Source: Cyanobacteriota bacterium
GTDB taxonomy: Bacteria; Cyanobacteriota; Cyanobacteriia; Cyanobacteriales; Nostocaceae
NCBI GenBank assembly: GCA_046045965.1
Contig: JBJOKS010000057.1
Location: 1-14,565, forward strand
DNA: 14,565 bases
Direction: 5' to 3'
The notes beneath the pieces are model-generated. The model was not told the origin of the DNA and made no database searches. It was given only the letters and a program-made list of their open reading frames with translations. The position numbers and the translations under genes were made by a program. Shown here one piece after another: positions 1-7,213 of this stretch (position 1 is its first letter; each line of letters starts with the position of its first letter).

Positions 1-750
1 AAATATATTCAATTAGAATTGCGTCAGATTTTAGAACAAGCTAAGGAACTCAGCGAAATTAGAGCAAATTTCTTGGCTAGATTCTGCCATCAATTTCGGA
101 CACCATTAAATGTTATTTCCTTTTCTAATAGCTTACTGAAACGACATATAGATCAATGGCAAGGAGAAAAAATATTACTATTTCTTAGGCATATTCAAAC
201 AGCAGTAGAACAAATAAATCAGGTGTTAGATGATATTGTGTTTTTGGCGAAAACGGCATCAGCGAAAGTTGTATTTGAACCTAATTATATTAATTTAATT
301 GATTTATGCGAGGAGTTAATTGCAAAGACCATGATACTTAATACTGATAAATACATAAATTTTCAGAGTCTAGGAAACTCTTCTAAGATATGGATTGATC
401 AAAAAATACTGGAGCAAATTTTGAATAGCTTACTCGAAAATGCAATTAAATATTCACCCCCAAATAGTGTTATAGATTTAATGGTTGATTGTTGCTCTGA
501 GAAAATAATATTTCAGGTTAAAGATCAAGGTATTGGTATTCCCGAAGCAGATCAGCAAAGACTTTTTGAACCGTTTTATCGAGGTAGCAATGTTGGTAAT
601 AGTTCAGGAACAGGACTAGGTTTATCTATTGTCAAATCTCTAGTTGATTTACATGGAGGTCAAATCACAGTGGTGAGCGAAGTTGGTGTCGGTACTACAT
701 TTACTGTGGTACTACCATCAGTTCCTTATTGTGAGTCTGGAATTTCTTAA
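1..750 (+). CDS. Two-component sensor histidine kinase, C-terminal HisKA + HATPase_c part (5'-truncated by the window)
   Basis: Frame 1 is open from base 1 (KYIQLELRQ...). H-box FCHQFRTPL, N-box SLLENAIKYS, G1 DQGIGI, F-box LFEPFYR and G2 GTGLGL are present. Confidence 0.93.
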   Translation, partial: KYIQLELRQILEQAKELSEIRANFLARFCHQFRTPLNVISFSNSLLKRHIDQWQGEKILLFLRHIQTAVEQINQVLDDIVFLAKTASAKVVFEPNYINLIDLCEELIAKTMILNTDKYINFQSLGNSSKIWIDQKILEQILNSLLENAIKYSPPNSVIDLMVDCCSEKIIFQVKDQGIGIPEADQQRLFEPFYRGSNVGNSSGTGLGLSIVKSLVDLHGGQITVVSEVGVGTTFTVVLPSVPYCESGIS

Positions 751-805
751 TACTCAACGCTGAATTTTTTAATCATTCTCTCTAACAACTTTTATTGGTT
801 TCAAA

Positions 806-1669
806 ATGATACGCGAATCGTCGAAAATAATTCTTGTAATTGAAGATGATGCTCTTACCCGCCATCTCTTCTTAGACGGTCTTGAAGCTGAAGGTTTTGT
901 AACGATAGGAGCAGAAAACGGACAAGTTGGTATTCAGCAAGCAGAAGAGCATTTACCGGATTTGGTAATTTGTGATCTGATGATGCCCGTTATGGATGGT
1001 TACAGTGTTTTAACTAAGCTACGTCAAAATCATCCCACAGCAATTATTCCTTTTATTTTTCTCACAGCTTGTAATTCTCAGGCATCTATGAGAAAAGGTA
1101 TGGAGTTGGGAGCAGATGATTATTTAAGTAAACCTGCTACAATCGATGATTTGCTAAAAGCAGTCACTATTCGATTAGAAAAACAATCTCTTCTCAAATC
1201 CTGGTATGCTACTAACTCTCATCCAGTTTCAGAACTTCCAACTACATCAGCAAATTCAGAGTTAACCTTTCCTCTGGTTCCCCACCTGAAAAAAGTTTTT
1301 GACTATATTGAAGCTCATTATCACCAAGGTATTACTTTATCTGATGTCGCGGCCGCTGTTGGTTATTCTCCAGCGTATTTAACCAACCAAGTATCTAAAC
1401 AAACGGGAAAAAGTGTTAATACTTGGATAGTCAAACGCCGCATGGACGCAGCTTGTTCCTTACTAAAAAGTACGAATCTGACAATGGAAGAAATTGCTAC
1501 CAAAATAGGCTATCAAAGTGCTTGTCATTTTTCCCGCCAGTTTCGGCAACATCACGGTTTATCTCCCAAAATTTGGAGAAAACAACATCAATTACTTCAT
1601 GTTTCCGCAACTGCAAACCTGCAATTTATCAATTCTCGCTCTCAGTTAAAAAACTCTGTTCCTTGTTAA
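806..1669 (+). CDS. Response regulator: receiver domain + AraC-type HTH (YesN-like architecture)
   Basis: Receiver motifs IEDD, VICDLMMP, FLTA and SKP. C-terminal AraC signature IATKIGYQSACHFSRQFRQHHGLSPKIWR. Starts 55 bp after the kinase stop. Confidence 0.93.
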   Translation: MIRESSKIILVIEDDALTRHLFLDGLEAEGFVTIGAENGQVGIQQAEEHLPDLVICDLMMPVMDGYSVLTKLRQNHPTAIIPFIFLTACNSQASMRKGMELGADDYLSKPATIDDLLKAVTIRLEKQSLLKSWYATNSHPVSELPTTSANSELTFPLVPHLKKVFDYIEAHYHQGITLSDVAAAVGYSPAYLTNQVSKQTGKSVNTWIVKRRMDAACSLLKSTNLTMEEIATKIGYQSACHFSRQFRQHHGLSPKIWRKQHQLLHVSATANLQFINSRSQLKNSVPC

Positions 1670-1670
1670 G

Positions 1671-2000
1671 TTATTGACTATTTTTGGGTGTTGTAAACTG
1701 CTGAATCAACAATTGTACAGCTAAGGCTAACAAACCTAAAGCTACTATACCAAATATCCCTGTTCCCAAAGCCACCACACCCACAACTAGGGTACGAACA
1801 GCAGAACCTATATTTACGACTATTTGGTTATCAGAATGAATGGGTTTATTAGCAAAAGTGGTAGCGATCGCTATCATCAAAGAATACATCGCAAATGCAA
1901 ATCCTCCCGACATTACCGCCCCCGTTATACACCTTAATGGTGTTGGTGGTATTTGTTCGGGAGTTTCTTTTTCTTTTTCTTTAACTTTGGGTTCGTTCAT
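1671..2000 (-). CDS. Small two-TM membrane protein, DUF3082-like (cyanobacterial/plastid)
   Basis: PTPLRCITGA and NIGSAVRTLVVG motifs with two hydrophobic helices. Family recognised from memory. Confidence 0.75.
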   Translation of the reverse strand: MNEPKVKEKEKETPEQIPPTPLRCITGAVMSGGFAFAMYSLMIAIATTFANKPIHSDNQIVVNIGSAVRTLVVGVVALGTGIFGIVALGLLALAVQLLIQQFTTPKNSQ

Positions 2001-2046
2001 AATTTGGTAATTGGTAAATGGGGAAAAAATTAATTCTTTCTTCTTT

Positions 2047-2065
2047 CTCCTGACTCCTGACTCCT
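2047..2065 (+). repeat. Short heptamer tandem repeat (CTCCTGA)x~2.7
   Basis: ctcctga ctcctga ctcctg, directly after the ispE stop. Confidence 0.85.
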
Positions 2066-2066
2066 G

Positions 2067-3014
2067 TCAATGTAATATTTGAATTCCATTGGCAATTGTC
2101 TGAGTTACAAACAATTCTAAATCCTGATCAGGAATTGCTGCTCGTATCCGTTCCTTGACTATTTCAGCTTGTGCTTTTGATTCCACAATGGCAAATACTG
2201 ACGGTCCAGAACCTGACATCATTGTGCCTAAAACCCCTTCTTGACTAGCAAATAATTCGCGCAGTTGTAATACTTGAGGATAAGCTGGCAAAACTACCTT
2301 TTCTAAATCATTGTGCATTTTTCGGCTAATTTCTACCGCATCTTTATCCAAGATAGCTTTGACAATTTCTCCCGAATGAACTGCACTAGCACGAGCCGCT
2401 AAATCTTCGGTATTTTTAACATAAGTATCACCAAATTCTTGTCTATAAGTTTTATATGCCCAAGGTGTAGAAACTTCTAAACTGCGGTATTTAGCTAATA
2501 CTATATATATGTTATTTAAACTGGGTAAAGGAGAAAGTTGTTCGCCTCTACCAGTAGCAATTACTGTTCCCCCAGAAACACAAAATGGCACATCTGAACC
2601 GAGTTGTGCGCCTAATTCTTCTAATTCTGATTTAGTTAACCCCAAATTCCAAAGTAAATCTATTCCTACTAACACCGCTGCTGCATTTGTCGAACCTCCA
2701 GCTAAACCCGCAGCCACAGGAATGTGTTTTTTGACAGTAATATCAATACCACCAAAATTACTAAAAGCATCGGGAAATTGCTTGGCCATTAGTGCTGCTG
2801 CCCGGTGTGCTAAATTACTATTGTCTGTAGGTACTTGTGGATGATCGCAGTAAACGCGAATCGCTTCTGTACTAGCAGCGTGTAAATCAATTTGGTCTGC
2901 AAGGTCAATGCTTTGCAGTATCATTGCTAACTCATGATATCCATCGGGACGACTACCGATGATTTCTAAATATAAGTTGATTTTCGCAGGTGCAATTAAA
3001 CTATAAGAACGCAT
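2067..3014 (-). CDS. ispE: 4-diphosphocytidyl-2-C-methyl-D-erythritol kinase (MEP pathway)
   Basis: APAKINLYL, DGYHEL, GHMP motif PVAAGLAGGS, LGSDVPF and MSGSGPS. Sits downstream of rsmA. Confidence 0.97.
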   Translation of the reverse strand: MRSYSLIAPAKINLYLEIIGSRPDGYHELAMILQSIDLADQIDLHAASTEAIRVYCDHPQVPTDNSNLAHRAAALMAKQFPDAFSNFGGIDITVKKHIPVAAGLAGGSTNAAAVLVGIDLLWNLGLTKSELEELGAQLGSDVPFCVSGGTVIATGRGEQLSPLPSLNNIYIVLAKYRSLEVSTPWAYKTYRQEFGDTYVKNTEDLAARASAVHSGEIVKAILDKDAVEISRKMHNDLEKVVLPAYPQVLQLRELFASQEGVLGTMMSGSGPSVFAIVESKAQAEIVKERIRAAIPDQDLELFVTQTIANGIQILH

Positions 3015-3022
3015 ATAAGTTA

Positions 3023-3085
3023 TCAGGAGTCAGGAGTCAGAAGTCAGGAGTCAGAAGTCAGAAGTCAGGAGTCAGGAGTCAGGAG
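3023..3085 (+). repeat. Heptamer tandem repeat (TCAGGAG/TCAGAAG)x9 (STRR-type)
   Basis: Nine units read directly, between rsmA and ispE. Confidence 0.95.
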
Positions 3086-3107
3086 GTAAATATTTATCCC
3101 CATCACC

Positions 3108-3158
3108 CCAGTCACCAGTCACCAGTCACCAGTCACCAGTCACCAGTCACCAGTCACC
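3108..3158 (+). repeat. Heptamer tandem repeat (CCAGTCA)x7 (STRR-type), overlapping the rsmA 3' end
   Basis: Seven exact units read directly. Confidence 0.95.
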
Positions 3159-3958
3159 TGGTTTATCAGTGATACCCATTGTGCAACGCTGAGGTCTTCG
3201 GCGCGAACTTGGGGATTAATATTTAATTGTTCCAGTAATTGCGTCAAGCGATCGCGATCAATTACCGATTGCAAATTATTTCTTAACATTTTCCGCTTCG
3301 CCCCAAAACCTAATTTAACCAGATTTTCCAACTTTTTCGGGTCATTAGCGGTAATTTCTCTCTGTCGGGGGACTAAGCGCACCACAGCCGAATCAACTTT
3401 TGGTGGTGGGTAAAATGCACCAGCAGGAACTGTACAAATTAACTCACAATCTGCCAAATACTGCACCCGCACCGACAACGCTCCAAAGGTTCTTGAACCT
3501 GGGTTAGCATACAACCTGTCTGCTACTTCTTTCTGTACCAGTAACACGATAGAATCAAAAGGTTCAGGATTGGGGTTAGCAATAGTACCAAGTAGCTTTT
3601 CAATAATTGGACCAGTAATATTATAGGGAATATTGGCAACTACTTTATTTTGCTTTTGGAACTTGGGAAAAGCTGTCAGTTGAGATGCTACATCAAGAGT
3701 CAGAAAATCCCCTTGTAGCAGTAAAAAATTTTCCTTTTCACCTAGTTGTTTTACCAGTAGTTTACACAAATCACGGTCAATTTCTACAGCAACCAAAGAG
3801 TTAACTAACGGTAATAAACGCCTAGTTAAAATTCCCGTACCCGGACCAATTTCCAAAATCCTATCATCTTCTTGACATTCTGCTGCTTTGACAATAGAGT
3901 TAAGAGCCTTTTCGCTTTTTAACCAATGTTGAGCAAATTGCTTGCGCGGTTGCACCAT
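3140..3958 (-). CDS. rsmA: 16S rRNA m6,2A1518/1519 dimethyltransferase KsgA
   Basis: FAQHWL, SAM-binding ILEIGPGTG, VANIPYNIT, FYPPPKVDSAVV, KRKMLRNNL and RAEDLS. Confidence 0.97.
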   Translation of the reverse strand: MVQPRKQFAQHWLKSEKALNSIVKAAECQEDDRILEIGPGTGILTRRLLPLVNSLVAVEIDRDLCKLLVKQLGEKENFLLLQGDFLTLDVASQLTAFPKFQKQNKVVANIPYNITGPIIEKLLGTIANPNPEPFDSIVLLVQKEVADRLYANPGSRTFGALSVRVQYLADCELICTVPAGAFYPPPKVDSAVVRLVPRQREITANDPKKLENLVKLGFGAKRKMLRNNLQSVIDRDRLTQLLEQLNINPQVRAEDLSVAQWVSLINQVTGDW

Positions 3959-4144
3959 TTATAATGATTTCTCCATAATTATTAAAAAGAAAAATTTCTG
4001 CCAGTAGTCTGAGATTTGGATTTAAAGTTAATGTATCTATCTGAGAATTTGCAGGAACGGACAAAACCCAGGTGGAAATGCAAGCACTCCAGAATACAGA
4101 AGCAGTAAGATTGAGTTATTTACTTCAGCGCCAAAATATTACTT

Positions 4145-4705
4145 ATGAACACTAAGATAAAATATATTTTACCCGTAATTTTATTAGCAGTTTGCTCTAG
4201 CATCAGCAGTTGCAGTTCTAGCGATACTTCTGATAATACAGCTTCAGCACCAACACAAAATAGCACAGTTTCCCCAACTCCCCTTAATTCTCCAGTCACG
4301 TCTCAACCATTTTCCACCCAACCATCTCCAGATGCAACTTCTAAAGCTGTTTCTGGTAAAACTACTCAAGTCACCCTATACACAAGTGATGCTCAATGTC
4401 AAGATTATATTTCTAAACCAGCTTCAGTGTCAGCCGATGAACCCATGAACGAAGCTGTCGGTAAAATTTTAGAGCAACGGGATACAGCAGATTTTAACTT
4501 AGTTGGGTATCGTGTTAGCGTTGACAATGGAGTAGCTACGATTGATTTACGAATTGCACCTGAATCAAAGCGGCAAATAGTTTCTCTTTCTAGTTGTGAG
4601 CAGTTCGCTTTATTTGGAAGTCTCCGCAAAACCCTCATCAGTAACCCCCAATGGAACATCAAAGATGTCCGCTTTACGGAGCAAGGTAAGGAAGTTGTTT
4701 TGTAA
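4145..4705 (+). CDS. Putative lipoprotein with Ser/Thr/Pro-rich linker and GerMN-like C-terminal domain
   Basis: Basic N-terminus, hydrophobic stretch and lipobox-like Cys (LLAVC or SISSC). S/T/P-rich linker. GVATIDL...SSCEQFALFGSLRKTL...IKDVRF resembles the GerMN domain. Confidence 0.7.
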   Translation: MNTKIKYILPVILLAVCSSISSCSSSDTSDNTASAPTQNSTVSPTPLNSPVTSQPFSTQPSPDATSKAVSGKTTQVTLYTSDAQCQDYISKPASVSADEPMNEAVGKILEQRDTADFNLVGYRVSVDNGVATIDLRIAPESKRQIVSLSSCEQFALFGSLRKTLISNPQWNIKDVRFTEQGKEVVL

Positions 4706-4816
4706 TACCAATTCTGTATGAAGATGCGCTGAATTAAGATAAACGAACCACAGAGACACAGAGGACACAGAGAGAAAAGTTCAAAAATTTGGCGCAGCCT
4801 CACAAAGAAATGGTAT
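4705..4816. mobile_element. MITE-like element with 25-bp imperfect terminal inverted repeats and an internal ACACAGAG repeat
   Basis: Left ATACCAATTCTGTATGAAGATGCGC vs reverse complement of right end ATACCATTTCTTTGTGAGGCTGCGC (20/25 by hand). TA dinucleotides at 4706-4707 and 4814-4815. Confidence 0.6.
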
Positions 4817-4840
4817 GAGGTGATTGGGGACAGTGAATAG

Positions 4841-4930
4841 GTAGGGAAGCAGGTGAAGCAGGGGAAGCAGGGGGAGTAGGGAAAGTAGGGGGAGAATTAT
4901 ATATAAACCCAGTCCCCAGTCCCCAGTCCC
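4841..4930 (+). repeat. G-rich 9-mer repeat (GYAGGGGRA-like, ~6 units) followed by (CCCCAGT)x3 STRR1-type repeat
   Basis: G-rich units at 4841-4893; cccagtccccagtccccagtccc at 4908-4930. Confidence 0.85.
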
Positions 4931-5003
4931 TGATAAGTAAAGATTTTCTAGCGATTCTGCCCAAATACATAAACACACGATTACTATAAAAAAGTGTTTA
5001 ATC

Positions 5004-5010
5004 AAGGAGG
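5004..5010 (+). promoter_or_regulatory. Shine-Dalgarno sequence of ndhP
   Basis: AAGGAGG ends 8 nt before the ATG at 5019. Confidence 0.8.
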
Positions 5011-5018
5011 GTAAGCAG

Positions 5019-5141
5019 ATGGATGTTAAGCTGATTTTAGTGGGATTAACCGTTATATTTACCTTTGCGTGCTTATTTTTTGGCACGAAAAACGGATTTT
5101 ATGATTCAGATAACTATCATGGTAATGGTTCTGCACATTAA
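5019..5141 (+). CDS. ndhP: NDH-1L complex small subunit NdhP (40 aa; not in the ORF track)
   Basis: Translates MDVKLILVGLTVIFTFACLFFGTKNGFYDSDNYHGNGSAH*: one TM helix plus the characteristic NGFYDSDxYHGNGSAH tail. Strong SD AAGGAGG at 5004-5010. Confidence 0.93.
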   Translation: MDVKLILVGLTVIFTFACLFFGTKNGFYDSDNYHGNGSAH

Positions 5142-5156
5142 CCACAATTAGAGAGC

Positions 5157-6848
5157 ATGAGGGATGATCTTTCGTTATCCTCTCGTCCTGATACTGGGGA
5201 AGCAACTAATGAATTAGAATGCCTACCCTATAGTGTTCAGCATGAAGATGAAGGTGTATGTATACTGGTACGGATGGGTCCACACCGCATTTTGTTAGAT
5301 TGCGGTTTGGGGGATATTTCATCTCTGACAAGGGAAATAGCTAAATCAGCAGATCAAGGTAGTTCACCATTACCAGCAGATTTAGTGTTAATCAGTCATG
5401 CTCACCCAGATCATGCTAAAGGTTTGCTGGCACTAAATCAAGCTTTTCCCCTGTTGCCTATTTATGCTAGTGAGGTGACTACCAAGTTATTACCGTTAAA
5501 TTGGCCAGAACAAGCACCTGAAGAAATTCCGGCATTTTGTCAGGCGTTACCGTTGCGATCGCCTATAGAAATTCAGGAAAATCTAGTTGTCGAATTATTT
5601 CCCGCTGGCCATCTTCCTGGTGCAGTCGCTATTCTCCTCACCTACCACACCCAACTCCGTGATTATAAATTACTTTACACCGGAGATTTTTTCCTATCCA
5701 ACTCTCGGTTAGTAGACGGACTGCGCTTAGAAGAGTTAAGGGGCTTACATTTAGATGTACTCTTAATTGAAGGCAGTTATGGAACATCCCGCCATCCCCA
5801 CCGACGCAACCAAGAAAATCAAATAGCGGAAAGAATTAATCGCGCCATCGCTGATCATAATTCTGTCATTTTACCCACACCGGCTTTAGGCTTAGGTCAA
5901 GAATTGTTGATGTTGTTGCGCTCTCATCACCATTTTACTGGCCGGGATTTAGATATTTGGGTTGATGGTAATGTGGCTACTGGCTGTGATGCTTATTTAG
6001 AACTTTTACCCCATCTTCCCGCATCAGTCCAGAATTTTGCCCGTCATCAACCTTTATTTTGGGATGAAAGAGTACGTCCCCGTGTGCGGCGGTTAAAAGT
6101 AGAAGATTTGGCTACTTTAGGACGTTCACCCTGTATTGTCCTGACCGACTCTACAGCGGATTTAGGTAAATATTGCCAAGCCAACACAGGACCTTGGCTC
6201 ATTCTCCTACCAGAAAAAATTGATATAACAGTTAATCAAGAATATTTAGCACCGACTACCATAGAAAGCTATCTTTTAGCTCAACATAGTGATGGACCGG
6301 GAACAACCCAGCTAATTCATAATTTACGACCTCAGCACGTCGTTTTTGTTCATGGTTCCCCTGCTTACTTGGCTGACCTCACTAGCTTAGACGAGTTACA
6401 AAATCGTTATCATCTTCATTCCCCATCTGCCGGAATTTTGGTAGAATTGCCCATTGGCGAAACATTTTTACAACCTTCCGCCCCAGAAACTAATTATGAA
6501 GGGGAGTTAACTGAACTAGAAACAGTAATTATAATTACCCTACCAGATGCAATTACAGATGATCCCCGTTGGCAGCAATTTGCGGATACTGGTTTAATAG
6601 AAGCCCGTTGGCAGGGAGAAGAGCTGGTATTAAGGAGTTTGTCTCAACGAGAACTGCTGAATCAAAATAGCTTAGATGCAGCCCGCAGTAGGCATCCCTA
6701 CACCTGGACTGATCTAGAATGCTGTGGTACGTGCAAATACCAAAGAGGGCAACGGTGTTGGAATCCCGCAGCCCCATTGTATAACTTTAAAGTTACCCTG
6801 GAAGGTTACTGTCCTGCTTTTGAACGGTTGTCTGAAAATGAATCCTGA
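5157..6848 (+). CDS. Metallo-beta-lactamase / beta-CASP nuclease (CPSF73/YSH1-like putative ribonuclease) with Cys-rich C-terminal extension
   Basis: LLDCG, HAHPDH (HxHxDH), AGHLPGA and YTGDF, plus beta-CASP motifs A (EGSYG), B (QHSD) and C (VHG). Confidence 0.88.
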   Translation: MRDDLSLSSRPDTGEATNELECLPYSVQHEDEGVCILVRMGPHRILLDCGLGDISSLTREIAKSADQGSSPLPADLVLISHAHPDHAKGLLALNQAFPLLPIYASEVTTKLLPLNWPEQAPEEIPAFCQALPLRSPIEIQENLVVELFPAGHLPGAVAILLTYHTQLRDYKLLYTGDFFLSNSRLVDGLRLEELRGLHLDVLLIEGSYGTSRHPHRRNQENQIAERINRAIADHNSVILPTPALGLGQELLMLLRSHHHFTGRDLDIWVDGNVATGCDAYLELLPHLPASVQNFARHQPLFWDERVRPRVRRLKVEDLATLGRSPCIVLTDSTADLGKYCQANTGPWLILLPEKIDITVNQEYLAPTTIESYLLAQHSDGPGTTQLIHNLRPQHVVFVHGSPAYLADLTSLDELQNRYHLHSPSAGILVELPIGETFLQPSAPETNYEGELTELETVIIITLPDAITDDPRWQQFADTGLIEARWQGEELVLRSLSQRELLNQNSLDAARSRHPYTWTDLECCGTCKYQRGQRCWNPAAPLYNFKVTLEGYCPAFERLSENES

Positions 6849-6878
6849 ATCAGAATTTGCGAATCAGAATTCATATAA

Positions 6879-6895
6879 CAGGAGTCAGGAGTCAG
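6879..6895 (+). repeat. (CAGGAGT)x~2.4 heptamer repeat between convergent genes
   Basis: caggagtcaggagtcag; same family as 3023-3085. Confidence 0.7.
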
Positions 6896-6901
6896 CATTA
6901 A

Positions 6902-7213
6902 TTAGTCTGGATTCAAATCGGTGAAACGGTTGCGGATACGCTCAGACTCAGGACAATCTTCAGTCATGAGAGGTTCAAAATTACCCCGCGATACGGAAGC
7001 TAATTTCTGCGTTACAGAGCCAATGCTTTCTAGGCGAACCATCTCTTCCCAAGAACAAACTTCGTCTTCTTCGTCCGTTTCATAGCGTAGAGTCACTAGA
7101 TCTCCCTCTATATCGATGATGCGGGCCCGCTCTATCCAGCGTTGCTGATCCCGCAAAAAAACACATACCTCCCGCCCGTCGCAACACAGTTGATAAATCT
7201 TGCGGTGTAGCAT
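6902..7213 (-). CDS. Conserved cyanobacterial hypothetical protein (DUF6679-like; Sm/LSm-like beta pattern)
   Basis: Clean 103-aa ORF with a purine-rich segment (AAAAGGCAGAAG) before the ATG. MLHRKIYQ...WEEMVRLESIG recalled as a conserved cyanobacterial family; DUF number from memory. Confidence 0.75.
   Translation of the reverse strand: MLHRKIYQLCCDGREVCVFLRDQQRWIERARIIDIEGDLVTLRYETDEEDEVCSWEEMVRLESIGSVTQKLASVSRGNFEPLMTEDCPESERIRNRFTDLNPD

Noticed and set aside
19..21. TTG start of the kinase ORF given in the track
   Set aside because: The frame is open from base 1 and no sensor domain is present, so the true start is probably upstream of the window.
1423..1677. 84-aa + strand ORF
   Set aside because: Alternative frame overlapping the AraC regulator; no motifs.
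2509..2844. 111-aa + strand ORF
   Set aside because: Antisense shadow of ispE.
2990..3172. 60-aa ORF (SGVRSQK/HQSPVTS repeats)
   Set aside because: Just the translation of two heptamer arrays; overlaps ispE and rsmA in antisense.
4405..4803. 132-aa minus-strand ORF
   Set aside because: Antisense to the GerMN-like gene and begins inside the MITE-like element.
4781..5086. 101-aa minus-strand ORF
   Set aside because: Antisense to ndhP; its LLP repeats come from the G-rich 9-mer array.
6553..6924. 74-aa (-) and 66-aa (+) ORFs
   Set aside because: Both overlap the nuclease 3' end in other frames; no independent support.
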